Source: Enterovirga sp. CN4-39 (GTDB lineage: Bacteria > Pseudomonadota > Alphaproteobacteria > Rhizobiales > Beijerinckiaceae). Taken from it: 32,000 bases of DNA. Every line of letters starts with the position of its first letter. Position 1 is the stretch's first letter. Positions 24,806 to 32,000 of the stretch are shown here, in pieces. The stretch covers positions 252,855-284,854 of the forward strand of contig NZ_JBMSEF010000001.1 of the NCBI RefSeq assembly GCF_049446235.1, given 5' to 3'. Both the position numbers and the translations under genes were made by a program. The notes under the pieces are model-generated. The model was not told the DNA's origin, ran no database searches, and saw only the letters and a program-made list of their open reading frames with translations.

Positions 24806-26419
24806 TCACGCCCGCACGGTCTTCCCATCTTCCAGGATCATGGCGGCGGCTTTTTCGGCGATCATGATGGTGGGGGAGTTGGTGTTGCCGGAGGTGATGC
24901 GGGGCATGGCGGAGGCGTCGGCGACGCGCAGTCCGCCGACCCCGCGCACGCGCAGGCGCTCGTCGAGGACCGCCATCGGGTTGTTGTCGGGGCCCATGGC
25001 GGCCGAGCCGGCCGGGTGGAAGATGGTGGTGCCGAGGCGGCCGGCCGCGACCAGCATGTCCTCGTCGCTCGCGACCCCCGGGCCCGGCAGGTGCTCGACC
25101 GGGCTGTAGCGGGCGAGCGCGGGCTGGCTCACGATTCTGCGGGCGAGCTTGAGCGAATCGACGGCGACCCGGCGGTCCTCGTCCGTGGTCAGGTAGTTCG
25201 GCTGGATCAGAGGCTTGCCGTCCGGGCCGCGATGCACGCTGCCGCGGCTCGAGGGTCGCAGGTTGCAGACGCTCGCCGTGAAGGCCCCGAACGGGTGCAG
25301 GCCCTCGCCCCACTTGTCGAGCGAGAGCGGCTGGAAGTGGAATTCCAGGTTCGCGGTCGCGTAGTCCGGCGAGGATTTCGCAAAGGCGCCGACCTGGGAG
25401 GGCGCCATGGTCAGCGGCCCTGTGCGGAGGAGGGCGTATTCGACCCCCATCCAGGCGCGGCGGAGGAGGTTGGCATAGTCGGTGTTGAGCGAGCGCACGC
25501 CCGTGACCTTGTAGACCGGGCGGATCTGGAGGTGGTCCTGCAGATTCTCGCCGACCCCGGGCAGGTGCCGGACGGTGTCGATGCCGTGGCCCGACAGCCG
25601 CTCGCCATCGCCGATGCCGGAGGCCTCGAGCAGGACCGGCGAGCCCACCGCGCCGGCCGAGAGCACCACCTCGCCGGCCACCGCGGCCCGGTATTGCTCG
25701 CCGCCGCGCGAGAAGATCACGGCGCTGGCGCGGCCCTCCGTGAACTCGACCCGGTCCACATGCACGCCGGTCTCGAGGCGGAGGTTGGGCCGGTTCAGGA
25801 CGGGCTTGAGGAAGCCCCGGAACGCGCTCCAGCGCCGGCCCCGCCTCTGGTTCACCTGGAAATAGGACGAGCCCTCGTTGTCGCCGGTGTTGAAGTCCGG
25901 GATCTTGGGGATGCCGGCTTCGGCGGCGGCCTCCCGGATCGCGTCCAGGATGTCCCAGCGCAGGCGCGGGTGCTCGACGCGCCACTCGCCGCCCGACCGG
26001 TGGAACTCGTTCGGCGGCGCGATGTGGTCCTCGTGCTTGAGGAAGAAGGGCAGGACGTCGTCCCAGCCCCAGCCGGCGAGCCCGAGCTGGCGCCAGCCGT
26101 CGTAATCGGCCGCCTGGCCGCGCATGTAGATCATGGCGTTGATGGCGGAGGAGCCGCCGACCACCTTGCCGCGCGGATAGGCGATGGTGCGCCCGCCGAG
26201 CCCCGCCTCCGGGGCGGTGGCGAACATCCAGTCGGCGCGCGGATTGCCGATGGCGAACAGGTAGCCGACCGGGATGTGGAACCAGACCCAGTTGTCCCGC
26301 CCGCCGGCCTCCAGCACCAGCACTCGGTTCCGCCCATCCGCCGAGAGCCGGTTGGCCAGCACGCACCCCGCCGAGCCCGCCCCGACGATCACGTAGTCGT
26401 ATGTGCCAAATTCCTGCAT
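24806..26419 (-). CDS. GMC-family FAD-dependent oxidoreductase (choline/alcohol dehydrogenase-like)
   Basis: ORF 24806..26449 trimmed to the ATG at 26419 (MQEFGTYDYVIVGAGSAGCVLANRLS…VLVLEAGG…). C-terminal GMC signature region (…HPAGSAAMG…VADASAMPRITSGNTN…). Confidence 0.9.
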   Translation of the reverse strand: MQEFGTYDYVIVGAGSAGCVLANRLSADGRNRVLVLEAGGRDNWVWFHIPVGYLFAIGNPRADWMFATAPEAGLGGRTIAYPRGKVVGGSSAINAMIYMRGQAADYDGWRQLGLAGWGWDDVLPFFLKHEDHIAPPNEFHRSGGEWRVEHPRLRWDILDAIREAAAEAGIPKIPDFNTGDNEGSSYFQVNQRRGRRWSAFRGFLKPVLNRPNLRLETGVHVDRVEFTEGRASAVIFSRGGEQYRAAVAGEVVLSAGAVGSPVLLEASGIGDGERLSGHGIDTVRHLPGVGENLQDHLQIRPVYKVTGVRSLNTDYANLLRRAWMGVEYALLRTGPLTMAPSQVGAFAKSSPDYATANLEFHFQPLSLDKWGEGLHPFGAFTASVCNLRPSSRGSVHRGPDGKPLIQPNYLTTDEDRRVAVDSLKLARRIVSQPALARYSPVEHLPGPGVASDEDMLVAAGRLGTTIFHPAGSAAMGPDNNPMAVLDERLRVRGVGGLRVADASAMPRITSGNTNSPTIMIAEKAAAMILEDGKTVRA

Positions 26420-26551
26420 GAAAGACCCATATCCGAGTTGAACGGCCAAGGGCGAGGGATCCCGTCTCCGTCCGCTCGAAAATCGGGGGCGCTCGCGGAA
26501 TGCCGCCGGACAGGTTAGCTAGCCGCCGTCACTCCCAAAGGCGGCGCGAAC

Positions 26552-27322
26552 ATGAGCTACACTATAGATTTGTCCGGTCGGACGGCCCTCGTGACCGGGG
26601 CCTCGAGCGGCCTTGGCCGGCACTTCGCGACGGTGCTCGCACAGGCTGGCGCACAGGTCGTTCTGGCGGCTCGGCGGATCGATGCTCTTTCCTCCCTCCA
26701 GACCGAGATTCGCGACGCAGGCGGGTCGGCGGAGCTTGTCGGACTGGATGTGACCGATCCGAGGGCCGTGGCGACAGCCGTTGCCGAGGCTCAACGGATC
26801 GGGGCCGGGCAACTCGACATCGTTGTGAACAATGCCGGCGTCGCCCTGACAAAGCCCTTCCTGGAACTAACGCCGGAAGACTGGGACGGCGTCCTCGACA
26901 CGAATCTCCGCGGCGCCTTCCTGGTCGGTCAGGCTGCGGCACGCCAGATGAAGGAAAGCGGCCGCGGCGGGTCGATCATCAACATCGCCTCCATCCTGGG
27001 GCTCAGGGTCGCCGGCCAGGTCTCGGCCTATGCCACGTCCAAGGCCGCGCTCGTGCAGCTTACGCGTGCGATGGCGCTTGAGCTCGCCCGTTACGGGATT
27101 CGCGTGAATGCCCTCTGCCCGGGCTACGTGGAGACCGATCTGAACCGCGATTTCTTTGCCACCGACGTGGGCAAGGACCTGATCCGCCGCGTGCCCCAGC
27201 GCCGACTCGGCCAGATGTCGGACCTCGACGGCGCTCTGCTTCTGCTCGCGGGCGATGCCGGGCGATCGATCACGGGTGCTGACATCCCTGTCGATGGCGG
27301 CCACCTGGTCTCGTCCCTCTGA
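26552..27322 (+). CDS. short-chain dehydrogenase/reductase (SDR) family oxidoreductase
   Basis: 256-aa ORF. Cofactor motif TGASSGLG, NNAG, and catalytic S…YxxxK (SAYATSKAAL). Confidence 0.9.
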   Translation: MSYTIDLSGRTALVTGASSGLGRHFATVLAQAGAQVVLAARRIDALSSLQTEIRDAGGSAELVGLDVTDPRAVATAVAEAQRIGAGQLDIVVNNAGVALTKPFLELTPEDWDGVLDTNLRGAFLVGQAAARQMKESGRGGSIINIASILGLRVAGQVSAYATSKAALVQLTRAMALELARYGIRVNALCPGYVETDLNRDFFATDVGKDLIRRVPQRRLGQMSDLDGALLLLAGDAGRSITGADIPVDGGHLVSSL

Positions 27323-27402
27323 CGAACGAGCCGCATTCAAGCAGCGTCCACAGGAGCCGGCGCAGCCGACTGCAAAGTTCCACCGGAATTTGCTGGTTCC
27401 GC

Positions 27403-27431
27403 TTGACAACCAGGGCCGCCGCCACCTAAAC
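27403..27431 (+). promoter_or_regulatory. candidate promoter for tRNA-Asp
   Basis: TTGACA (27403-27408), a 17-nt spacer, then CTAAAC (27426-27431), about 35 nt upstream of the tRNA 5' end. The same stretch can also fold (GGCCGCCG…CGGCGGGCC), so this assignment is ambiguous. Confidence 0.3.
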
Positions 27432-27466
27432 GGCGGGCCTCCCCGGTTGGGGACCAGCTACCCCGC

Positions 27467-27543
27467 GCGGGCGTAGCTCAGTTGGTTAGAGTGCCGGCCT
27501 GTCACGCCGGAGGTCGCGGGTTCGAGCCCCGTCGCCCGCGCCA
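27467..27543 (+). tRNA. tRNA-Asp (anticodon GUC)
   Basis: Folded by hand. Acceptor GCGGGCG/CGCCCGC, D arm GCTC-AGTTGGTTA-GAGT, anticodon stem CCGGC/GCCGG with loop CTGTCAC, variable loop AGGTC, T arm GCGGG-TTCGAGC-CCCGT, discriminator G, encoded CCA. 77 nt. Confidence 0.95.
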
Positions 27544-27690
27544 CCTTCAAACTACGCAGCTTATTCGCCAGCGAGGCGAAAGCGGAATGCTGCGGCTTCC
27601 CTCCCTCCAGGATACAGATCGTCGAACCGGGCTGGGGTCTCGCCCCGCCAGGCGCGTCGCGAGGCAAGGGCAGATTCTCGCGCGCGCAGG

Positions 27691-27918
27691 TCAGCGAAGA
27701 CGGGAGCGCCTCATAATCGGGATTGACGGCCGTTGGCCGACAATCTCGTACGCGCAGCGCAATGCCGCGGGAATTCCTGCAGTGTCGAGCAAAGTGATTT
27801 TGGCGGGCTTGTAGGCTTCGGTGATGATCCGGGGTGGCTCGAAGCCGGCCTGGAGCGCGTCGTTGATGACGTGAAGTCCTCCAGGCCTACACCTTAGCGG
27901 CGCTCTGCAGCGGCGACG
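27691..27918 (-). pseudogene. possible remnant of a coding sequence (no start codon)
   Basis: Open minus-strand frame directly continuing the 27919..28149 frame past its TGA. The distal part (LHVINDALQAGFEPPRIITEAYKPAKITLLDTAGIPAALRCAYEIVGQRPSIPI) has G/C-ending codon bias like real genes here. The first ~17 codons are rich in rare codons. Family not recognised. Confidence 0.25.
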
Positions 27919-28149
27919 TCACGCCGCCCGGGTCCGAACATTGGCATCGGCGAAGGCCGGCGGGAGCGAGCCGCGGACACGCTTGACGATCTCAGCCTGA
28001 TCGGCGCCGCTCTCGATCGCAACCTCTACCGAGGCGCTGCCGGCCGCCATTCCGGTGCTGTAGCTGATGATGACGCCTTCCCGAACCAGTCCGTTCAACG
28101 CGACGTTCAGTTCCCCCCAGCCGGCGGGGGCTTTCGGCTTGCGACTCAT
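27919..28149 (-). CDS. hypothetical small protein (76 aa)
   Basis: ATG at 28149 with GAGAGAG upstream. Strong G/C third-position bias throughout (MSRKPKAPAGWGELNVALNGLVREGVIISYSTGMAAG…). No family recognised. Confidence 0.5.
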   Translation of the reverse strand: MSRKPKAPAGWGELNVALNGLVREGVIISYSTGMAAGSASVEVAIESGADQAEIVKRVRGSLPPAFADANVRTRAA

Positions 28150-28177
28150 TGCTGCTCTCTCAGTAAGGTCAAAGACA

Positions 28178-28223
28178 ACTCAAGACACGAAAACGCCCGC
28201 TCGAGACTGAACTCGGCGGGCGT
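28178..28223 (-). terminator. Rho-independent terminator (minus strand)
   Basis: The minus strand reads ACGCCCGCCGAG-TTCAGT-CTCG(A)GCGGGCGT followed by TTTCGTGTCTTGAGTTGTCTTT. This gives a 12-bp GC-rich stem with one bulge, a 6-nt loop and a U-rich tail. Confidence 0.6.
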
Positions 28224-28474
28224 GTCCTCCAACTTTGCAGCGCCGGACAATCTGCCGGGACGGGCAAAGGTGGGCGGAGGGCTGCTCAAGCTTTTCGCGA
28301 GCGTCGGCCCGAACCGCAAGACCTCATATGGTCTGAAAGCGCGGATGTTCAAGACCAGACGAATCTGCCGCGGCTCACGGCTCCCGGCCAGCGCCGTCTT
28401 TGGGACCTCTTTGCCCTGTTCCGCATTGTTTGATTCCGGCCACGCCGCGGTGATGCGCCCCGAGTGCCTTCGCC

Positions 28475-28912
28475 ATGCCGACCTTCAGCAAGCACTTCGT
28501 CCAATTCTCGAACTTCGTGGCGCATGCCAGCGGAAAGCAGCTGACCTTCGCCCTCGCAGTTTTCCTCACAGCGGTCTGGGGCGTTACCGGCCCCTTGTTC
28601 CACTACTCGGATGCCTGGCAGCTGGTGATCAACACCGGCACGACGATCGTCACGTTCCTGATGGTGTTCCTCATCCAGAACACCCAGAATCGGGACGGCG
28701 CCGCCATCCAGACCAAGCTCGACGAGCTCATCCGGGCGAGCGCGGCTCAGAACGTCTACATCGGCATCGAGCATCTTACCGACGAGGAGCTGGATGAGCT
28801 GCGCGCCAAGTGCGAGGCGAGGGCGCGCTCTGAGCGCTCAGGCGACGAGGCGGCGCGTAGGGCGCAGGAGAAGGCAGCGGCGGCTGCGGACCGCGCCGCA
28901 GGGATTGGCTGA
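28475..28912 (+). CDS. low-affinity iron permease family (Fet4-like small membrane) protein
   Basis: 145-aa ORF. FALAVFLTAVWGVTGPLFHYSDAWQLVINTGTTIVTFLMVFLIQNTQNRD…IQTKLDELIRA is the hallmark core of this family as I remember it. Confidence 0.8.
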   Translation: MPTFSKHFVQFSNFVAHASGKQLTFALAVFLTAVWGVTGPLFHYSDAWQLVINTGTTIVTFLMVFLIQNTQNRDGAAIQTKLDELIRASAAQNVYIGIEHLTDEELDELRAKCEARARSERSGDEAARRAQEKAAAAADRAAGIG

Positions 28913-29108
28913 CCGGCCCCGCCGGGCCAAGTTTCGAAACAAGCCGGAAACACGCTTGTGCGTCGCAGCGACGGCTTGTCACTTTAGAACCGCTGCGATA
29001 ATCGAGCCGCACGCTTTGCGGACGGTCCGGCTCGCGGCCATATCTGCCTCAAAGACAAGCAACCCAACGCGTTCCGGCCCCTGACCTGTCCGCGTTCGCA
29101 GGTGGCGA

Positions 29109-29474
29109 ATGAACGCAGTCGTATCGGACTACCTACCTCTCATCATCTTCATCGGCGTCTCGGTGGTGATCGCGGCAGCGCTTCTCGTTGCCCCGTTCCT
29201 GCTGGCCTACAAGAGTCCGGATCCGGAGAAGCTCTCGGCCTACGAGTGCGGCTTCAACGCGTTTGACGACGCCCGGATGAAGTTCGACATCCGGTTCTAT
29301 CTCGTCGCCATCCTGTTCATCATTTTCGATCTCGAAGTGGCGTTCCTCTTCCCCTGGGCCATCACCTTCGGCGACCTCGGCTGGTACGGCTTCTGGTCGA
29401 TGATGATTTTCCTGGCCATCCTCACGATCGGCTTCATCTACGAGTGGAAGAAGGGAGCGCTGGAATGGGACTGA
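29109..29474 (+). CDS. nuoA: NADH-quinone oxidoreductase subunit A
   Basis: 121-aa ORF; …KLSAYECGF…[26 protein letters not shown]…. Confidence 0.95.
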   Translation: MNAVVSDYLPLIIFIGVSVVIAAALLVAPFLLAYKSPDPEKLSAYECGFNAFDDARMKFDIRFYLVAILFIIFDLEVAFLFPWAITFGDLGWYGFWSMMIFLAILTIGFIYEWKKGALEWD

Positions 29475-30043
29475 CCGCCTCCCAGACCGCGATTGCACCG
29501 GCACCGCGTGGCATCATCGATCCTTCAACGGGGCAGCCGGTTGGGGCGCGCGATCCGTTCTTCCGCGAGGTCAACGCCGAGCTCGCCGACAAGGGCTTCG
29601 TGGTCACGACCGCCGAGGATCTGATCACCTGGGCGCGAACCGGGTCCCTCATGTGGATGACCTTCGGGCTCGCGTGCTGCGCGGTCGAGATGATGCAGAT
29701 GTCGATGCCGCGCTACGACGCCGAGCGCTTCGGCTTCGCGCCGCGTGCCACGCCGCGCCAGTCCGACGTGATCATCGTGGCAGGCACCCTGACGAACAAG
29801 ATGGCCCCGGCCTTCCGCAAGGTCTATGACCAGATGCCGGAGCCGCGCTACGTCATCTCCATGGGGTCGTGCGCCAATGGCGGCGGCTACTACCATTACT
29901 CGTATGCGGTGGTGCGCGGCTGCGATCGCGTCGTGCCGGTCGACATCTACGTGCCGGGTTGCCCCCCGACCGCGGAGGCGCTGCTTTACGGAGTGCTGCT
30001 ACTCCAGCGGAAGATCCGCCGCGTCGGAACAATCGAGCGCTGA
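29465..30043 (+). CDS. nuoB: NADH-quinone oxidoreductase subunit B
   Basis: ORF 29444..30043 trimmed to the ATG at 29465 (MGLTASQ…). Conserved [26 protein letters not shown] and VPGCPP cluster-N2 motifs. Confidence 0.95.
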   Translation: MGLTASQTAIAPAPRGIIDPSTGQPVGARDPFFREVNAELADKGFVVTTAEDLITWARTGSLMWMTFGLACCAVEMMQMSMPRYDAERFGFAPRATPRQSDVIIVAGTLTNKMAPAFRKVYDQMPEPRYVISMGSCANGGGYYHYSYAVVRGCDRVVPVDIYVPGCPPTAEALLYGVLLLQRKIRRVGTIER

Positions 30044-30045
30044 GA

Positions 30046-30651
30046 ATGGCAATGGATCTCGCCCAGCTCGGGCAGCACATCGCCAGCCGACTTGGTTCGG
30101 TGGTGACTGGCCACGCGGTCGCCTATGGCGACCTCACGATCGGGGTGGAGCGCTCCGCCATTGTGGAGGCGGTCACCTTTCTGCGTGACGATCCCGAGTG
30201 CCGGTTCATCTGCTTCATCGATATCTGCGGGGTGGACTACCCGGCGCGCGAGCGGCGATTCGATGTCGTCTATCACCTGCTCTCACCGGTCCTGAACCAG
30301 CGGATTCGGATCAAGCTCGAGACGGACGAGGTCTCGCCCGTCCCCTCGATCATCAGCGTCTTCCCGGCTGCCGACTGGTTCGAGCGGGAGACCTACGACC
30401 TCTACGGCATCCTATTCACCGGGCATCCGGATCTGCGTCGCATCCTCACCGACTACGGTTTCGAGGGCCACCCGCTGCGCAAGGACTTCCCGATGACGGG
30501 GTTCGTCGAGGTACGCTACGACGATACCGAGCGTCGGGTCGTCTACGAACCCGTGAAGCTGCAGCAGGAGTTCCGCAGCTTCGATTTCCTCTCGCCGTGG
30601 GAGGGGACGGATTACGTCCTGCCCGGCGACGAGAAGGCGAAGGCTGTCTGA
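30046..30651 (+). CDS. nuoC: NADH-quinone oxidoreductase subunit C
   Basis: Last 201 codons of ORF 29869..30651; ATG at 30046. …[39 protein letters not shown]…. Confidence 0.95.
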   Translation: MAMDLAQLGQHIASRLGSVVTGHAVAYGDLTIGVERSAIVEAVTFLRDDPECRFICFIDICGVDYPARERRFDVVYHLLSPVLNQRIRIKLETDEVSPVPSIISVFPAADWFERETYDLYGILFTGHPDLRRILTDYGFEGHPLRKDFPMTGFVEVRYDDTERRVVYEPVKLQQEFRSFDFLSPWEGTDYVLPGDEKAKAV

Positions 30652-30652
30652 C

Positions 30653-31957
30653 ATGGCTCTCGAGGATCACGGCCTCGCGGCTCAGCGCGACGAGCTGCTC
30701 GATACCCGGCCTCATGCCGAGGCCTCCAACGCGGTCCGCGAATCCGGGACCCTGCTGCCGTCTGCGGGGCGCGAGCACGAGATCCGCAACTTCTCGATCA
30801 ATTTCGGCCCGCAGCATCCGGCCGCCCACGGCGTGCTGCGCCTGGTGCTGGAGCTCGACGGCGAGATCGTCGAGCGGGTGGATCCGCATATCGGCCTGCT
30901 CCACCGCGGCACCGAGAAGCTGATCGAGTACAAGACCTACCTGCAGGCGACGCCCTATTTCGACCGGCTCGACTATGTCGCGCCGATGAACCAGGAGCAC
31001 GCCTTCTGCCTCGCCATCGAGAGGCTGGTCGGGCTCGAGGTGCCGAAGCGCGGGCAGTTGGTCCGGGTGCTCTACTCCGAGATCGGCCGCATCCTTTCGC
31101 ACCTCCTGAACGTCACGACCCAGGCGATGGATGTCGGCGCCCTCACGCCGCCGCTTTGGGGCTTCGAGGAGCGCGAGAAGCTGATGGTGTTCTATGAGCG
31201 TGCCTCCGGCTCGCGCATGCACGCCAACTACTTCCGCCCGGGCGGGGTGCATCAGGATCTGCCGCCCGAGCTGATCGACGACATCTGGGCGTGGTGCGAC
31301 CCCTTCCTGAAGGTCTGCGACGACCTCGACGCGCTCTTCATCGGCAACCGCATCTTCAAGCAGCGCAACGTCGATATCGGCGTGGTCTCGCTCGAGGATT
31401 GCTGGCGCCTCGGCTTCTCGGGCGTGATGGTCCGCGGCTCCGGCGCGAAATGGGACCTGCGCAAGGCGCAACCCTACGAGTGCTACGAGGAGGTGGAGTT
31501 CGACATCCCGGTCGGCACGAGCGGCGACAACTACGATCGTCAGGTGATCCGGATGCTCGAGATGCGGGAATCCGTCCGCATCATGAAGCAGTGCCTGCAC
31601 AAACTCCGCTCTCCCGAAGGTGCGGGCCCCGTAACGTCCCTCGACGGCAAGGTCGCCCCGCCGAAGCGCGGTGAGATGAAGCGTTCGATGGAAGCGCTCA
31701 TCCACCACTTCAAGCTGTATACGGAAGGCTTCCACGTCCCGGCCGGCGAAGTCTACGCCGCCGTGGAAGCGCCGAAGGGCGAGTTCGGCGTCTATCTGGT
31801 CGCCGATGGGACCAATAAGCCGTATCGGTGCCATATCCGGGCACCGGGCTTCGCTCATCTCCAAGCCATGGACTTCATGTGCCGCGGTCACATGCTCGCC
31901 GACGTGTCCGCCGTGCTCGGTTCCCTCGATATCGTGTTCGGCGAGGTTGATCGCTGA
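30653..31957 (+). CDS. nuoD: NADH-quinone oxidoreductase subunit D
   Basis: 434-aa [31 protein letters not shown]… through …[13 protein letters not shown]. Starts 1 nt after the nuoC stop. About 40 residues precede the conserved core. Confidence 0.95.
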   Translation: MALEDHGLAAQRDELLDTRPHAEASNAVRESGTLLPSAGREHEIRNFSINFGPQHPAAHGVLRLVLELDGEIVERVDPHIGLLHRGTEKLIEYKTYLQATPYFDRLDYVAPMNQEHAFCLAIERLVGLEVPKRGQLVRVLYSEIGRILSHLLNVTTQAMDVGALTPPLWGFEEREKLMVFYERASGSRMHANYFRPGGVHQDLPPELIDDIWAWCDPFLKVCDDLDALFIGNRIFKQRNVDIGVVSLEDCWRLGFSGVMVRGSGAKWDLRKAQPYECYEEVEFDIPVGTSGDNYDRQVIRMLEMRESVRIMKQCLHKLRSPEGAGPVTSLDGKVAPPKRGEMKRSMEALIHHFKLYTEGFHVPAGEVYAAVEAPKGEFGVYLVADGTNKPYRCHIRAPGFAHLQAMDFMCRGHMLADVSAVLGSLDIVFGEVDR

Positions 31958-32000
31958 TGGCCGTCCGTCGTCTCGCCCCTGTCGAGGTCCAGCCCGCCTC
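31957..32000 (+). CDS. nuoE: NADH-quinone oxidoreductase subunit E, first 14 codons (runs off the right edge)
   Basis: The ATG at 31957 shares its A with the nuo[18 protein letters not shown]… resembles alphaproteobacterial NuoE N-termini. Position after nuoD. Confidence 0.75.
   Translation, partial: MAVRRLAPVEVQPA

Noticed and set aside
25016-26518. 500-aa plus-strand ORF opposite the GMC oxidoreductase
   Set aside because: Same GC-driven antisense artefact. The minus-strand frame carries the FAD-binding GxGxxG and GMC signatures.
27458-27814. ORFs 27458..27667 (minus) and 27482..27814 (plus) overlapping the tRNA
   Set aside because: They run through a well-folding tRNA-Asp gene and have non-coding-like composition.
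27919-27921. In-frame TGA read as selenocysteine or programmed read-through
   Set aside because: The codons immediately downstream are rare-codon-rich and non-coding-like. I see no SECIS-like hairpin directly after the TGA. A decayed gene is the simpler explanation.
28146-28352. 68-codon minus-strand ORF apparently ATGA-coupled to the 76-aa gene
   Set aside because: It starts with TTG, uses many rare TTG/AGA/TTA codons, and contains a strong intrinsic terminator in its last third. It is treated as non-coding (see the sRNA/leader finding), though translation cannot be excluded.
28349-28774. 141-aa minus-strand ORF
   Set aside because: Antisense to the iron permease family gene, whose conserved core motif is unmistakable on the plus strand.
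30446-31891. 481-aa minus-strand ORF opposite nuoC/nuoD
   Set aside because: Antisense to highly conserved complex I genes, with a low-complexity Arg/Ala-rich translation.
1-32000. CRISPR arrays, IS elements/transposases, integrases, prophage or defence-system genes
   Set aside because: I looked for regularly spaced repeats, terminal inverted repeats and DDE/tyrosine-recombinase-like translations on both strands. None was found. The only repeats are the short regulatory-scale motifs reported above.

Overview
High-GC DNA (about 70% by eye) from an alphaproteobacterial methylotroph. The gene order matches what I recall of the Methylobacterium/Methylorubrum H4MPT formaldehyde-oxidation island. 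From left to right: (1) fhcB-A-D-C on the minus strand, with fhcC cut by the left edge. (2) A plus-strand block: mptG, mtdB, ATP-grasp, mch, RimK-like ATP-grasp, CitG-like, fae. (3) A HisA-like gene and an orf17-type gene that diverge and overlap by 7 nt at their start codons. (4) A six-gene minus-strand operon (17004 down to 12571) encoding MfnB-like, amino-acid-kinase-like, DHPS-like and DUF447 cofactor enzymes, with a secreted protein gene at each end. (5) A plus-strand cluster (17121-24745): periplasmic binding protein, YVTN beta-propeller, two small secreted proteins, ABC ATPase, ABC-2 permease, secreted helical protein, then a TonB-dependent receptor. Gene for gene, this fits the lutABCDEFGH lanthanide-uptake locus of M. 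extorquens and pedA1A2BC of P. putida. (6) A GMC oxidoreductase, an SDR, tRNA-Asp(GUC), a small hypothetical gene and a low-affinity iron permease family gene. (7) nuoA-D and the first codons of nuoE. I found no CRISPR array, IS element, integrase or rRNA. Most of the window is well-described core methylotrophy and respiration. The least-understood part is the lut-like cluster: three small secreted proteins of unknown role, an exporter-type permease paired with a binding protein, and no lanmodulin-type gene next to the receptor. Other points worth checking are the periplasmic proteins wired into the cofactor operon, repeated motifs in the two AT-rich control regions, and a strong orphan minus-strand terminator (28178-28223) that may mark an sRNA or leader. 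All family assignments come from reading the translations and from memory. No searches were run.
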